From the NCBI GenBank assembly GCA_965202585.1, contig OZ241827.1:12834001-12898000 (forward strand): a stretch of DNA of 64,000 nt. The letters run 5' to 3'. A program made the position numbers and the translations under genes. Positions 52,273 to 64,000 of the stretch are shown here, piece after piece. Position 1 is the first letter of the stretch; every line of letters begins with the position of its first letter. A model generated the notes under the pieces. It had not been told where the DNA came from and searched no databases. It worked only from the letters and a program-made list of their open reading frames with translations. This DNA is from Thalia democratica. Its lineage: Eukaryota.

Positions 52273-55200
52273 ATGTCGGAGGTGGAACAAGAGCAACCTC
52301 AGCAACAAGAAGCAGCAGAAGAGAGCAACGGAGCTCCAGTAGAAGCAGCTGGTGAACCACAAGCACAAGCAGCAGGTGAGAACGGAGCGGAAGCGCCACA
52401 GCAGGAAGTTGTCACTCCAGTTGTTAAGAAGGGTAGGGGAAGGCCAAGAACAGGTAGATGTGTTGGTTATTAGTAAATGAAAAGTAAAAAAATAAGTTTG
52501 AAAGGCAGTAAAATTAAGGATAATAAACTGTTAATAAGAGTCATGATGTTAAAAAAAATATATGCATTTATAAAGTTAGCTTTTTAATGCTATTTGAAGA
52601 AAAACTCTTTGTGCTTAAATACTTTGTTAACAATGAAAAATCTGAAAAGATATTTAGTATAAATATAAACACACATTTATGATATGGACACTGATATATA
52701 GTAAAATGTTCAATTATGCTACATTATTAGGTTTGGTGTTTTTTGTTAGCAATACAAGCCAAGTTAATTTAATTTCTTAGTTTTATTTTTAAAGTATTTA
52801 TTACCGTTCGTTTAATAATATACTTTTTTGCTACAAACATCATTTTTCTAGCTTCTACTTGTTAATCACACAAAAAAGTTCTTAAAATTCTATACAAAAG
52901 TGATAAAATAATTTGTTTTGTTTTAAAAAGGAACAAAACATTATTAACAATAAAATATCATTATGGATCTATTTATAATTTTGCTTATTGTTTTTAAGTT
53001 CAAGCATGTATGTTTGATTAAAGCATAAATTTTATGCTAATTTTCAACTATTATAAGTCAAACTAAGCAAATGTATTTATTCTGCTTTAGATATCTAAAT
53101 GGATAAAAATAATTCAACTTGAGATTTATTTTAAACTGAACAAGTTTAAAATCATATTGTCAATCTAAGTATGTAAATTAGTTTCTGCTGTGAATTTTTT
53201 AGTTAAATTTATATTTGCTATTGCCCTGACTAATTTTTGAAAATTAAAGAAAAACAATTAAAAATGTTATTTTGTTAAAAAAAGAAGCTTTTCTAAAATA
53301 AAGAAATTGGAAATGGCAGAAAATACAAACTAATCATGAAAAATTTTTATTTTAAATTAGGCTGTTGAAAACTGTTAATGAAAAACTCTTCCTGTTTTCT
53401 TTATAAACTAAAAATTGTTAGAAAAAAAACATTTAAAATCAAATAATTTTAAACAAAACTTGAAAAATTCTTTGAAAATGACCTGTTTTTATTTAGTAGT
53501 TTTTAGTTGCAAATGTAAAATTTTTTCCCAATACAAAATCATTTAAACCCATCTAATTATTAATTACATAGCCATAACAAAACTGTAATCATTTTTGTCA
53601 TAAGACTTATTTTCTAACAAAAAGGGACATAAAGACTGTTTGTTTTAGAAACTTGCAATAAAACAGAAATCAACAGAAAACAGTAACAACCCTGTAATTA
53701 AATTTTGTAGAAGAAAAACTTTTTTGTTTGTATTCAATTTTATTTCTTATTATAAATTTTTCAAACTTTTTCGATTAAACAACTATGCTTTAGTTTAAGT
53801 CTTTATTAATTTTACTTAAAAAAATAAAGTCTTATTCATATATTCAAAGCTTAAAACTGATGTTGATAGGATACAAACAAAAAAAATAACATATTTTACT
53901 ATTTAACTAAAAATTGTTAAATTTCTTGTCACTATGACTTTTACTTTGTTTATAGTTTACATTCCGAAATATTTATAACAAAGCATTGATAAATTTTACT
54001 TAGCTTTCAAACACCCACACCCATAGTAAAATTAGGCAAGGATAATCTAAAACTCTTCATTCCATATATTTTACCCACTTTATAATAAACTTGCATTCAT
54101 ACAATCACATAGATTGTACAAATAATCTCATTTAAACTTTATTAAATTTCCAAACAGCCACACCAAAGGATGTTTACTTTTTTCATACACCTTCATGCAT
54201 ATATTTATATAAAATTATAAGTTTTTACTTTTTAAATTGAATAGCCACGCCAAAAGTGAAGTCAGGCAAGGGCAGGGGTCGACCAAGGAAGTCCTCGTCG
54301 GAGCTGAAGGGACCTAGGCAAACCCCAAAGAAGAAGGCGAGGAAAGAGCCGCAGGAACCATCGAGGAAGTCATCCAGGAAATCGACCAAAGTTTACGATA
54401 ATCTCAATGATGATAAGGTTAGAGATAAAAATATTTGTATTGTATTAAATTTGTGAATCTTAGTAATTATTTAAATCAACTGAAGTTTATGGTAACCTCA
54501 TTGATGACGAGGTATTTAATTTTTTTATAATAATTTTGATTTAAATCAATAAAAATTAATGAAAATCTCAGGTCAAGGTTCGATAAAAATGTTAACTACT
54601 TGTGTTGTGAAGCTTTGTGTTTATTTGAACCAACTAAAGTTTATGGTAACTCGAATGATGATAAAGATTGATAATAAATATTAATAAAGATTAAATTAAA
54701 TTAAAGATAATAGCAGTTAGTTTATTTATAATAACTAGTTTTTAATTAAAGTTTAAGTTTATTTTTTCTTTGAAATATTATTTTAATGTTTTAATTTTTT
54801 AAATATTATACTGACAATCAAATATTTTTTCTTTTAGATTCATTACTTTCAAAGATAATTGGTTACTATTTATTTTTGAAATGCCTGTGTGCATCAAGTT
54901 TAAATATTTATTTTTAAAACTAAAATCAGCCTATTGTGAATGAACAATATGCATTTTATATTTATATCTACGTATATGTAACAAAATTATGTGTGAATTG
55001 AAAAATAACCATGTAAAGGTATTAATCTATAAAGAATATACTACAGGGAGCAGTATAATAAAATAACAAATTAATAGCAGTGCAATAATTTGTTGATTTG
55101 ATTAAGTATAATTTACAAAGTGTATTATAGGTATTAAACTATGAAGAGGAAGATGTAGTGTACTACAAGAAGGGAGCGACCGGCAGAAAATCCAAGTATC

Positions 55201-56201
55201 AGGAAAACTCGTCAGATTCTGAAGAAGACGATTACGCTGCTTACGACTTCGATGAAGAAGAAAAGAAACCCAAGAGGTAATAGTAAATTTATTTTTTAAG
55301 TGTAGCTTTGAGATTGTGTGGGCTATTAGTTTTGTATTGATATTATTTATATTAATATAGATCCAAGAGATTTATTAAAAAGGTTAATTATACATCAATA
55401 TAAAAGCGCTTTATAGGTATTTAATATCAATGGATTATGTATGCTATACAATGATTACATTACAATCTAAATTAAAATGAAATTCTTATAAGATTTTTGG
55501 AGGCCATAACGCAGTATATTTATAATTTTGGTTAAAATAAACGAGAAGGTCCTACCAATAATAATTAATGTTGGTAAAAAATAATAATTAAAAGAGCCAA
55601 TTCATAATGGCTCAGAGTTTGAAATGTTGTGCACCCCTATAAAGCCTTGACAATACTTCAAAAAAAAAAAGTTCAACAAACTTTATAATTTTGATAATAA
55701 CCAGGTTAATACTTTAAAGTTTATACTTTGTTTAATTTTTTTTTTAGTATTTTAGGCTCTACAAATCAAAGACCATTTGTCTATTTTAGTTTTGAAAAAT
55801 AATGTTAACAGAACAAACATTTAATTTAATTTTCAGGTCGGGACCAGCCAAGAAATACAGTTTGGACGATGATGAGGTAAATTTTAAATCTATTAAAATA
55901 AAATAAGTAACTATATATATTTACAAAAACTATAGTTTAAAAATAGATTAAAAAATATTTAAAAAAAAATGTGCATTCTACTCTAAAGTTTTTAATATGA
56001 TTAGATTGAATGATTGCTTTATAACAAGTTATTTTTCAAAATTTAAACTATTTATCAGCAAAAGTGAAACGTACGAGATAGAACATATCCATTAAGAATA
56101 GTTAGTCTGTAAAATGTATAACCTAATTTAAAATTATTATTTTTAATCAGGAAGAGGTGATGCCCACCCCCAAGAAAAGGGGACGTCCCAAGAAGGTGTG
56201 A
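52273..56201 (+). CDS. AT-hook chromatin protein (HMGA/D1-like), 5 exons, 196 aa
   Basis: Exons 52273-52453, 54245-54417, 55131-55276, 55837-55876, 56151-56201 (591 nt, GT-AG, consistent phases). AT-hooks: KKGRGRPRT, GKGRGRPRK, KKRGRPKK. Acidic N-terminus and acidic internal block. Confidence 0.85.
54475..54670 (+). other. Two degenerate duplicates of the 3' end of exon 2 of the AT-hook gene
   Basis: KSTEVYGNLIDDE|gtattt (~54477-54520) and PTKVYGNSNDDK (~54630-54665), versus the true KSTKVYDNLNDDK|gttaga. Confidence 0.7.
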
Positions 56202-56220
56202 TTCAAAACAGGGAAAATTC

Positions 56221-56245
56221 CCTCAACTGAGATCCAAAGTTGAGG
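56221..56245 (+). other. 8-bp stem / 9-nt loop hairpin in the 3' UTR of the AT-hook gene
   Basis: CCTCAACT-GAGATCCAA-AGTTGAGG, starting 19 nt after the stop codon. Confidence 0.5.
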
Positions 56246-56899
56246 TGAGCATGCGTGTACAGAAAATTGTGTCCGTTTAATTAGAGAGTTAATAAAGTTG
56301 TAAATATTATTAATAATCAAACTCGCTCGGTTTCAGCGACACTTTTAAGAAGTCGTTTATTAATTAAAATTTAATGAATTTTTTTTTCAATTATTAAGAA
56401 AAGCCGCTGTACAATTGATCATTGTTTTCAATAAGTTTTTGTCATTTACGTCTGAAGCCGCTGAAGTGTTTTCTGTTTAACAAGCTACTACTAGAAAGTT
56501 CGATAACAAGTTTCTGTTTACAAATGAAATTTCTACATCATGTACTCATATATGTGTTTGCGTCCTTTTTTAATTTTTTTGTCAACTTCAAATTATTGTA
56601 CAAATTTTATCTCGTGTGTCTAATATTATATTTTGTTATATTAAACAAAAATTTTACTACTTGTGTTTTGATTTTATGTATAAGTTATTATTAAAACCTA
56701 CTCGGTTGTTTAGCAGCAATATGCCTGTGGTTGAAAAATAGGTGACACAAATTTAACTTAGTTTTTAAGTATACATTTTACTTAAAATGGTTTTATTATT
56801 ATTTTAAATTAGAATAGTTGCTCTAAACTTAAACTTAAATTCAAAAAGTATAAGAAAGATTATATCAGTTTAAAAAGTTCATGTTATTTATAGTAAAAA

Positions 56900-57255
56900 A
56901 AGTGGTCTTCAAGCTAATCAAAATCTGTGCATCCTAAATTGCAAAATTACATTTCTCTGCACCCCAATGTACGAGTATCTAGTATCAAATTTCCGTAATA
57001 TCTAGTGCAGGGTTTCCCGAACTTTTTTTTCAAAAGGCCCCCGTTATGCTTTGTCCCCCTACAACAAGATTTTTCAAAAAACTACCACTAAAAACGCTTA
57101 AGACCTTTTTTGCTCTTCATCATCAAATCAAGAGTATCTAGTGTAATTTTCAAAATGTAGGATAAAATTTTCAAGTTACGACTCATGCACCCAAAAGGTT
57201 TCTTGCACCCCAAAATAAATTTCGTGTGCACTGGTGCATACTTTGAAGACTATTG
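56900..57255. mobile_element. Probable hAT-type MITE(s)
   Basis: AGTGGTCTTCAAGC / CTTTGAAGACTATTG ends, internal CAGGGTTTCCCGAACTTTTT, and TGCACCC repeats. Confidence 0.4.
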
Positions 57256-60200
57256 GTATAAAAGATAGTATTTAAATATGGTATTGTCTACCCGTTACTT
57301 TTATAATTATCTTTTACATTTGCAAAGTTACTGCAAACTTTGAATCATAACTCGAATTGAATAAGTATGTTTATATTTGTAGATGGGTAGGTGTCAAATA
57401 TGCACAAAGGAGACATTTTTGCTTGAAGAGTCACTTTTATATGAAGACATTTTTGCATGGGTGAAAATTTTTTAAACTATCTACCTTTTTAAAATTATTT
57501 ATTATAATTTTATTTTTACTAACATTGTTACCCCTTACCCTTGGTCGGTATTTTAAAACAAGTTTGAGTCCTCTAAAGTCTAAACCTTTTAACACAACTA
57601 TTTTCTTATCTTTTAAAACACTTTACATAAAGTAAACACACTAAGGGAAATGAGATTTGACTATTATGATCTGCTTTTATTTTTGTAAAAAACTGTTTAA
57701 GTATATTGCATAAAGAGTTATTATGCAAAAAAGGTTCACACTTATATATCTTCGCATATTATCTATACATATTTAAATGGTCTATGTTGTTAAAATCATT
57801 TTCTAAACCCCAATCTATTCTTACTTAAATGTAAGCAAAATAATTTATTTAAGCTACTAAACTAATTTTTTTTTTTCGATTTCTCTAGTAAAAGGTAACA
57901 AGAGTTTATTACTTTTTGTTAAAGCAGTTTAACTTGTCTAACACTAAAACCAAAATACTTATACACATATATTAGATTAGCTAGAAATTAAATAATTTAA
58001 AAGTTTAGTAAGTTTCAGTGCTTAAGTTTGTTTAAGTACGTCCCTGATCAGTTATAATGTGAACAGTTTGTAATTTACTTATGAACATAGTTATAGGTTT
58101 CAAATGTGTATATTTATGCCGTTAGTTAAAGGCTTTCAGAATTCGTTTATGATAACTATGTTTATTGCAACAATGTAATCTAATTTTCGTTTAAACTATC
58201 CTCTGTTGTTCAGAAATTCGATATTAATAACGATAAAAAAATAAGAAAAACTATTATGATTAATTTTTATCACTGCAAAAATATATTAATTTTTCCTACA
58301 ATATACTGAATTAATAAATAATGGGAAGCTTTATTACTTTATAAAATTTTAAAACTAAATAAAAAGTAATTTAGTGATTAATATCAACAAAACTAAAACT
58401 TAGTAAATTTTAACAATAAGCACTCTTTCACCAATACTTAATACTCTTAACAAAAGGTAGCTTTTTTGTCAAACCCAGTTAAAAAAATTATACTTACCAA
58501 AAATACTATGCCCAAAAACAATTTTTCTTATTTTAAGAATCACAAAAATCTTGATAGAAATTTCTAATTTAACACTTACCTTGATCAAATAAGTTTTAGT
58601 CATTAATACTGTGCTGGTCATCTCAGTACAGTTTATAAGTTTTTTTGAATGACTAAATATATTATAATACTGTATATGTAGGCTTATATTTTAAATCAGA
58701 ATGGGTAAATCTTATGTATCAAGTCCTGGTACTTTTTTATTTTCATTTTACTTTTTAGAACTTTAGAAACCTATTTTTCTTCGGTTTAGCTTAAACTATC
58801 CAAGTAATTAGCTTTAAAATTGCATGTTTCATGCCAAATAACGAGCTTGTGATTAACATAAATTTGCGGGAATTAATGTAAGTAAATAGACCTATACCCA
58901 CAGTTGGTTTTCAAACCAGATTACAAAGAAAACTTATTATATTTATGTCTAAAATACTTTTAAATAATAGTTATGTTTTTATTAGATTTTACATAAAGTT
59001 TTTCACTTGTATGCCCTAAAACTGCAGGTAATAGAAAAAAATTTTAGGAATTTATTTTTAAGGATTCAATGAAATATCTAACCATATTTTTTTGAATTAA
59101 TTATACAAAATATAGATTATTTATAACTTGTAAAAAGACGACTAATAAGTTTGAAACAAAAACTAATAATTGGTAAGTTTGCGGTTCAAACATTTTATTT
59201 GGTTTGTTATATAAATATAAATATTTATTTTCTTTCGCTTAACTTAAGATTTATAAATGTTTGATTAACAACTAAAATTATAGTAAAATTAAATTATTTA
59301 ACTTTTTCTAGGCTATGATTAATTCGTCTATTTGGATTTCGAAAAAAGTAAATTTATAGAGGATTTCATTTAAATGTTGTTTTAAAGTATTTTTGTCTAG
59401 TTTTTCTCCCTGCACATTTTTACAAATCATCATCTTAAAACCATCGCTGATTGAAGACTCAATATTTTATATAAAAAATTTTAAGCCTAAGAGTCGAACA
59501 ACACTTATGTGGGACATACAAAATATTTTTTACTTACACGTCAAAAAAGATGAATAAACTAAATATTTAATTTTTCTTACCTGTTGAAGGCATTTTATAT
59601 GTATTAAATATGGATACAGTTTTAACATATATGCAAAACAGATCTACCAATTTCATATAGAATTAAGCGCTTTTATATTTTAGATCAATTTTAATCGTAG
59701 TTTAAGTAAAAGAAAAACTAGTGCATTTTTTAAATACATAGAAAAATCAAGCAAATAAAAAAAAAATTTTTTAGCTAATTAAAGATATGCCACGTGTTTT
59801 AGGTCATACCTCGACCAGCCAACTTGTTTTATTAAAGTTTCAAGTTTTGAGACAAAAATTAGAAAAAAGATTTCAGAAAATTACGCTGTTAAAAATGTAA
59901 AAGTTAAAGGTTAAAAATTCATTAATTAAGTGTTCTTAACAATATAACCTTATTTTCTGAGATCATTGTGCACTTTAAATTATTGATAATTTGTTTTAAT
60001 TTTAGTTGTCAATTATTGTCTTTGTATTACTTATATACTTTTTTCTTCTTTTCATAGATCTTTGTACTATTGATCCTCACGAAGATAAGCTTTTTTAAAG
60101 ATGTAGCATTGTTTAATGTTTATAACTAAACATAAATTAATTTATGTAATTTACTTCAATGATCTACTGTAGTTATTGGTTGTTTAGCTCTAGTCGACTA

Positions 60201-60540
60201 CAAGTCTTTTGAGTAAAAAAATCAACACTGTTAAACTCCTTAGTATAAGTAAGAATAAACATGCAAATTTCATGAACGTGGATATTTTTATTAATTTCAT
60301 TTGAAAAGAACAAATGCAAAAAGGATACAGCAAAAACAACAAAGCAGATCACAATTACCAAAAACTAAAAATAACACAAAATTAATTTTATACACATGAA
60401 CTGCCATAGCATTAAACAACTAATCTGGATCAAACAAAATACATAGTAAGCAACTTAAATTAAATATTTCAAAGCAATATTAATACACATGAGCAAAACA
60501 CTAATTCAACTAAGGAGTCACAACAAACTCACTTCTCAAT

Positions 60541-60795
60541 TCAGGAACTTTTCGAGTAGATAGAGAAACAATACCTGAAAATCAGGAACGCCACGGACAA
60601 CTGTAACGAAAGCGGGGAGACGATCTCTCTGAGGTCTCCGCAGCAGGTGAAGTCGATCAGGTGGAAGTAGACGCACAAGATCATGAACATGGTCAGCAGG
60701 TCGAAGGCGAGGTGCAGGAACATGGAGCGTTTGTTCGGGAACAAGGGAAGGTTCTTCTTTGGGCTTTTGTGGAAATTGTTCGGTAGTTCAGACAT
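60541..60795 (-). CDS. Small predicted two-transmembrane protein, 84 aa, unknown function (may be the first exon of a spliced gene)
   Basis: GC-rich, C/G-ending codons like the confirmed exons. Two hydrophobic stretches (FLHLAFDLLTMFMILCVYFHLI; IVSPLSLQLSVAFLIF). Acceptor-like TTTGTCAG 34 nt upstream. A possible donor CAG|GTATTG lies near the 3' end. Confidence 0.65.
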   Translation of the reverse strand: MSELPNNFHKSPKKNLPLFPNKRSMFLHLAFDLLTMFMILCVYFHLIDFTCCGDLREIVSPLSLQLSVAFLIFRYCFSIYSKSS

Positions 60796-61587
60796 TTTGA
60801 AGAGTACAAATGACTTAGTTGAAAATTATCTGACAAATTGTTTGTGTTAGTGCTAAGAAACTATTTTTTTTAAAAATTAATTTTCAACTTTTTTTTTTGT
60901 AAATAGTGAGTTTTAAATACTAAACACTTTACTTATCAATAAAAAATTTGCAGAAAAGCATTTACATTTGTACGAATTTTATTCGACATTTTAGTTTAGC
61001 TATACTAAATAAAAGACTTTTGAATTAATTTTAAATTATGGTACAATATATCTGCTTTAACTAAATCCATGATTTGAATTGCTTCTAGTTTAAATAGCTA
61101 AAAAAGATAATAAAGTTAAGCTAATAAGCAAAATTACTTATAAAAGTAATTTTTATTGACAAAAGGGACTATTTCGAACTTTTTACAAACTTTTTTTGCT
61201 ATTTATCATACTTATAAACTCTTTGTTTAAATAATATTTTTAACTGATGGCTTGATTTCGTAACATTTTTCTATTAACCGTAAATACTGTCTATCCCTAA
61301 GTTTTGTAGAATGTCAATAGTTCAGTGTTTTTATATTTTTAAAAGTAAGTGTAGTATCAAATTTAAACAATCATTTTTTGACAAAAAAAAGTTAAATTCT
61401 TGAATTAATAGTGCTATAGTGAATAATCTAAAGCTCTCTTATTGATTATTTAATAATATTAATGATTTAAAATAGTATCTTTATTTTGCTTACTACGGTT
61501 ATTAGGTTACCATTTCAGACAACGACGTTAAACTGTATCCGTTAGTCGTAAACTGAGTAGTCGTAAACGAATCGACAATTGAAATGT

Positions 61588-61742
61588 TCTGCACAACAGG
61601 TCTTTAAACTAAATGTTTTGAGCCCGTATTTTTTATTATAAATAATTGCAACCCGAAAATTACTTTTTATATACAGTGTGGCCCGCGAGTAACTTTTTCA
61701 GCAAAAGTTGTCCCGCGACTTATAAAAGGTTGCCGATCCCTG
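61588..61742. mobile_element. ~155-bp hAT-type MITE
   Basis: CAGGTCTTTAAACT ... GGCCCGCGAG ... AAGGTTGCCGATCCCTG (CAGGGGTCGGCAACC-like end). Confidence 0.55.
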
Positions 61743-62711
61743 CTCTAAGTGATTAGTCACAAATGAAACGAAACAACTAGGACTTTAGTTTTTAATCGTC
61801 TGGAATTTTTTTATCATTGGTAAATTTTTCGATGTCCATTAAGCTCTTGTTTTTTATTTACTAATTTTTGATTAGTATGTAATACTCGTTTTTTGTATAA
61901 AAACTTACATTTTGTAATTTCGTTTTTTATAATTCTACGATAATACTTTGTTGAAACAAAAGTTATTGTAAAAAGCTTTATGACGTAGCTATCTTTGACT
62001 TAATGAAAATGAAGTTGACTTACTTATTTAATTTAAACAGTTTTTTCTTTAAATTTACTTTTGTTGCTAGTTTAAAACAATTTTTGCTATAAGTTTCATC
62101 TTCAAAGACAAAGTTTTGAATTTATTGGACAGTAGGTTTTTAAGAAATTTTAAGAAAAATCAATATTTATTTAACTATACACTAGAGTTAACTAGGTATA
62201 ATAAATTGAAATTCGTTACAGAAATTTTTTTTTTTAATATTCCATTCAAAAAGTCTGTAAATCTTACAGATTTTGTAAAGACACATACATCTTCTTATGA
62301 TCATAAAAACTAACTTAAATAAAAGTTTTGCTTGCAACAAATTGTTACAAAACACATTAAAAACTCGGTTTTTGCGAAAGGTAATTTTGTTTTTTTACCG
62401 TTCTCAAAAACGCAAACTTAATTTTTAAACTTTGTTATGATATCAATCAAGTAATAAGTTTAAGTATTCAACTCAAGTTGTTTTAATAATTCTGCATTAA
62501 CTAATTTTAAACTATTATAGTTTGTTGTGTTCGACTATTTTTATAGTTTAAAATAATTTCTTACATTTACAGAAGAATAAGGTACAAAATACGGTATACA
62601 TCGTTGATCAAGTTGTTGTTTTAAACAAAATATTTAAGTTTTACAGAAAAAAAAGTTTGGTTTTATATATGTTTTATAAAGTTTTTTTTAGGGTAAAAAA
62701 ATGGTCTAAGA

Positions 62712-62955
62712 TAGGGGCGGGCAACGTAAATAGTTGACGGGCCGGATCCAGAAAAATATAGTCCTCAGCGGGCCGGATCATTTCAAGTTAGTGATCTTTT
62801 GGATTCAGCTGGATCCTTTTTTAGATCCGGATCCCATTAAAAACATATTATCCAGATCCGGCTAAACAGTAATTTTAGACAAAGATCTAAGTCCGAATGG
62901 AAGTTAATTTCAAAAAGATTTGGATCCGGTTAGATGCTTTTTGATCGGGTATTTC
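62712..62955. mobile_element. Transposon end with clustered CCGGATC/GGATCC subterminal motifs
   Basis: TAGGGGCGGGCAAC terminus followed by repeated GGCCGGATC, GGATCC and GATCCGG motifs in an otherwise AT-rich region. Confidence 0.5.
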
Positions 62956-64000
62956 AGAATTTTGAATCAATACATTAATTACCAAGGTTCTCAAGTATGA
63001 AATTTTATGTTAAATTTAGTTAAGTATTCATAATTCTATATTTATTATAACTCTGGACCGAATTAATACTAGTTAGTTCTAAAAAATTTATAGTTTGATT
63101 ACTAAAAGTTACTCGAGCCCAATATTTCAAGCTAAAACATAAAAAAATTGCTTACTATTCGAAATTAATTAATTTTGGAAATCCTTATCTTGAGTTTATA
63201 GTGATAATATGTTTTTAAATTTAACAAACAATACAATATTAAACTATTGTTATTTAATTTAATTAAGCTAAAGAAGATTCATTACATTTTTTGCATGTAT
63301 AAAAGAAACAAAACGAAAATAATTCTGATATAATAAACAGTTTTACCATAAAAAGCAAAATAAATGAAAGATCTCGATGAATAACTAAAGGTTGATCATG
63401 TATTAGAGTTGTTTAAATCTAGTTGCATGAAAATTTTTGAAAATCTGCAAGTGCACAGAAATACTGATTAGGTTTGAAGATAGCTTATCCTTGTTAATGT
63501 TTATTGTCGGAAATTTTTTTTTTAAATGTATGAAGTATCGAACAACACAACTAGTTCCATGGTCATCTTTAGAAGTTGACAAACTTTAGCTCGATAAATA
63601 AAACATAAAATCTATCTAAAAATTTTATAATGGCAACAAAAATTATATGTTTGGTTTGAAATTTTCTTATTAACTTATTTAAAAAACAGTTAAGTCTAAA
63701 TAACAAATTACTTTGGCTTAAAATTTTAACACTTTTACTTTCAAAATATCAAATAGTTATAATTAACTTACGAAATTTAACTAAGTTCTGTACTTTAAAA
63801 ATTTTAATCAAACAGTGCACCTAAAATACTTTAATAAGAGTACTAACATAAAATAACGAAATATTGAAACAAAAAAGAAATTAATAAATATTTTTAGCAT
63901 ACCAAACATTTTAGTTTAGTAGACTTTTAGATTAAGATCGATTTCACTAGTGAAAATATTACTAAACGAAAAACTAAAACATAAAACTGTCACATTATAC

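Noticed and set aside
58565-59470. Candidate downstream exons for the 60795 ORF (GTAAGT donor near 58570; open frame 59310-59465)
   Set aside because: AT-rich, with no convincing acceptor or phase continuity and no recognisable protein.
1-64000. tRNA, rRNA, snRNA/SL RNA genes, CRISPR arrays and prokaryotic systems
   Set aside because: No such signatures were seen by eye, and the window is clearly spliceosomal-intron eukaryotic DNA. A covariance-model scan (tRNAscan-SE/Infernal) was not possible.

Overview
Very AT-rich eukaryotic genomic DNA, probably from an invertebrate animal, with visibly GC-richer exons and GT-AG introns. A minus-strand cluster of six co-oriented units runs, in transcription order: intronless COG4 (27210-29483); three intronless, divergent KDEL-receptor paralogs (C 25483-26237 frameshifted, B 23756-24535 intact, A 21718-22499 frameshifted); the canonical 4-exon KDEL receptor (19339-20853, 212 aa); and an 11-exon RRS1 (10302-18526, 306 aa). 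Further right are a plus-strand 5-exon AT-hook/HMGA-like gene (52273-56201, 196 aa) and a small predicted 2-TM ORF (60541-60795, minus). The rest is decayed mobile DNA: Penelope-like and LINE RT relics, hAT-like transposase relics and several MITE families. Main leads: (1) all KDELR paralogs replace Asp193 with Pro, break the C-terminal lysine motif and S209, and gain 39-48 aa tails past the ancestral stop, while copy A keeps the whole KDEL-binding pocket, suggesting a non-retrieving receptor subfamily; (2) COG4, KDELR and RRS1 each have a strong 3' splice acceptor 21-22 nt before the ATG, compatible with an SL-trans-spliced operon; (3) degenerate duplicates of exon/intron junctions recur in introns of two genes, two of them forming stop-containing decoy acceptors in RRS1; (4) intron content appears inverted relative to human (COG4 intronless, RRS1 fragmented). 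All gene models were assembled by hand. Homology calls rest on recalled family motifs, not database searches.
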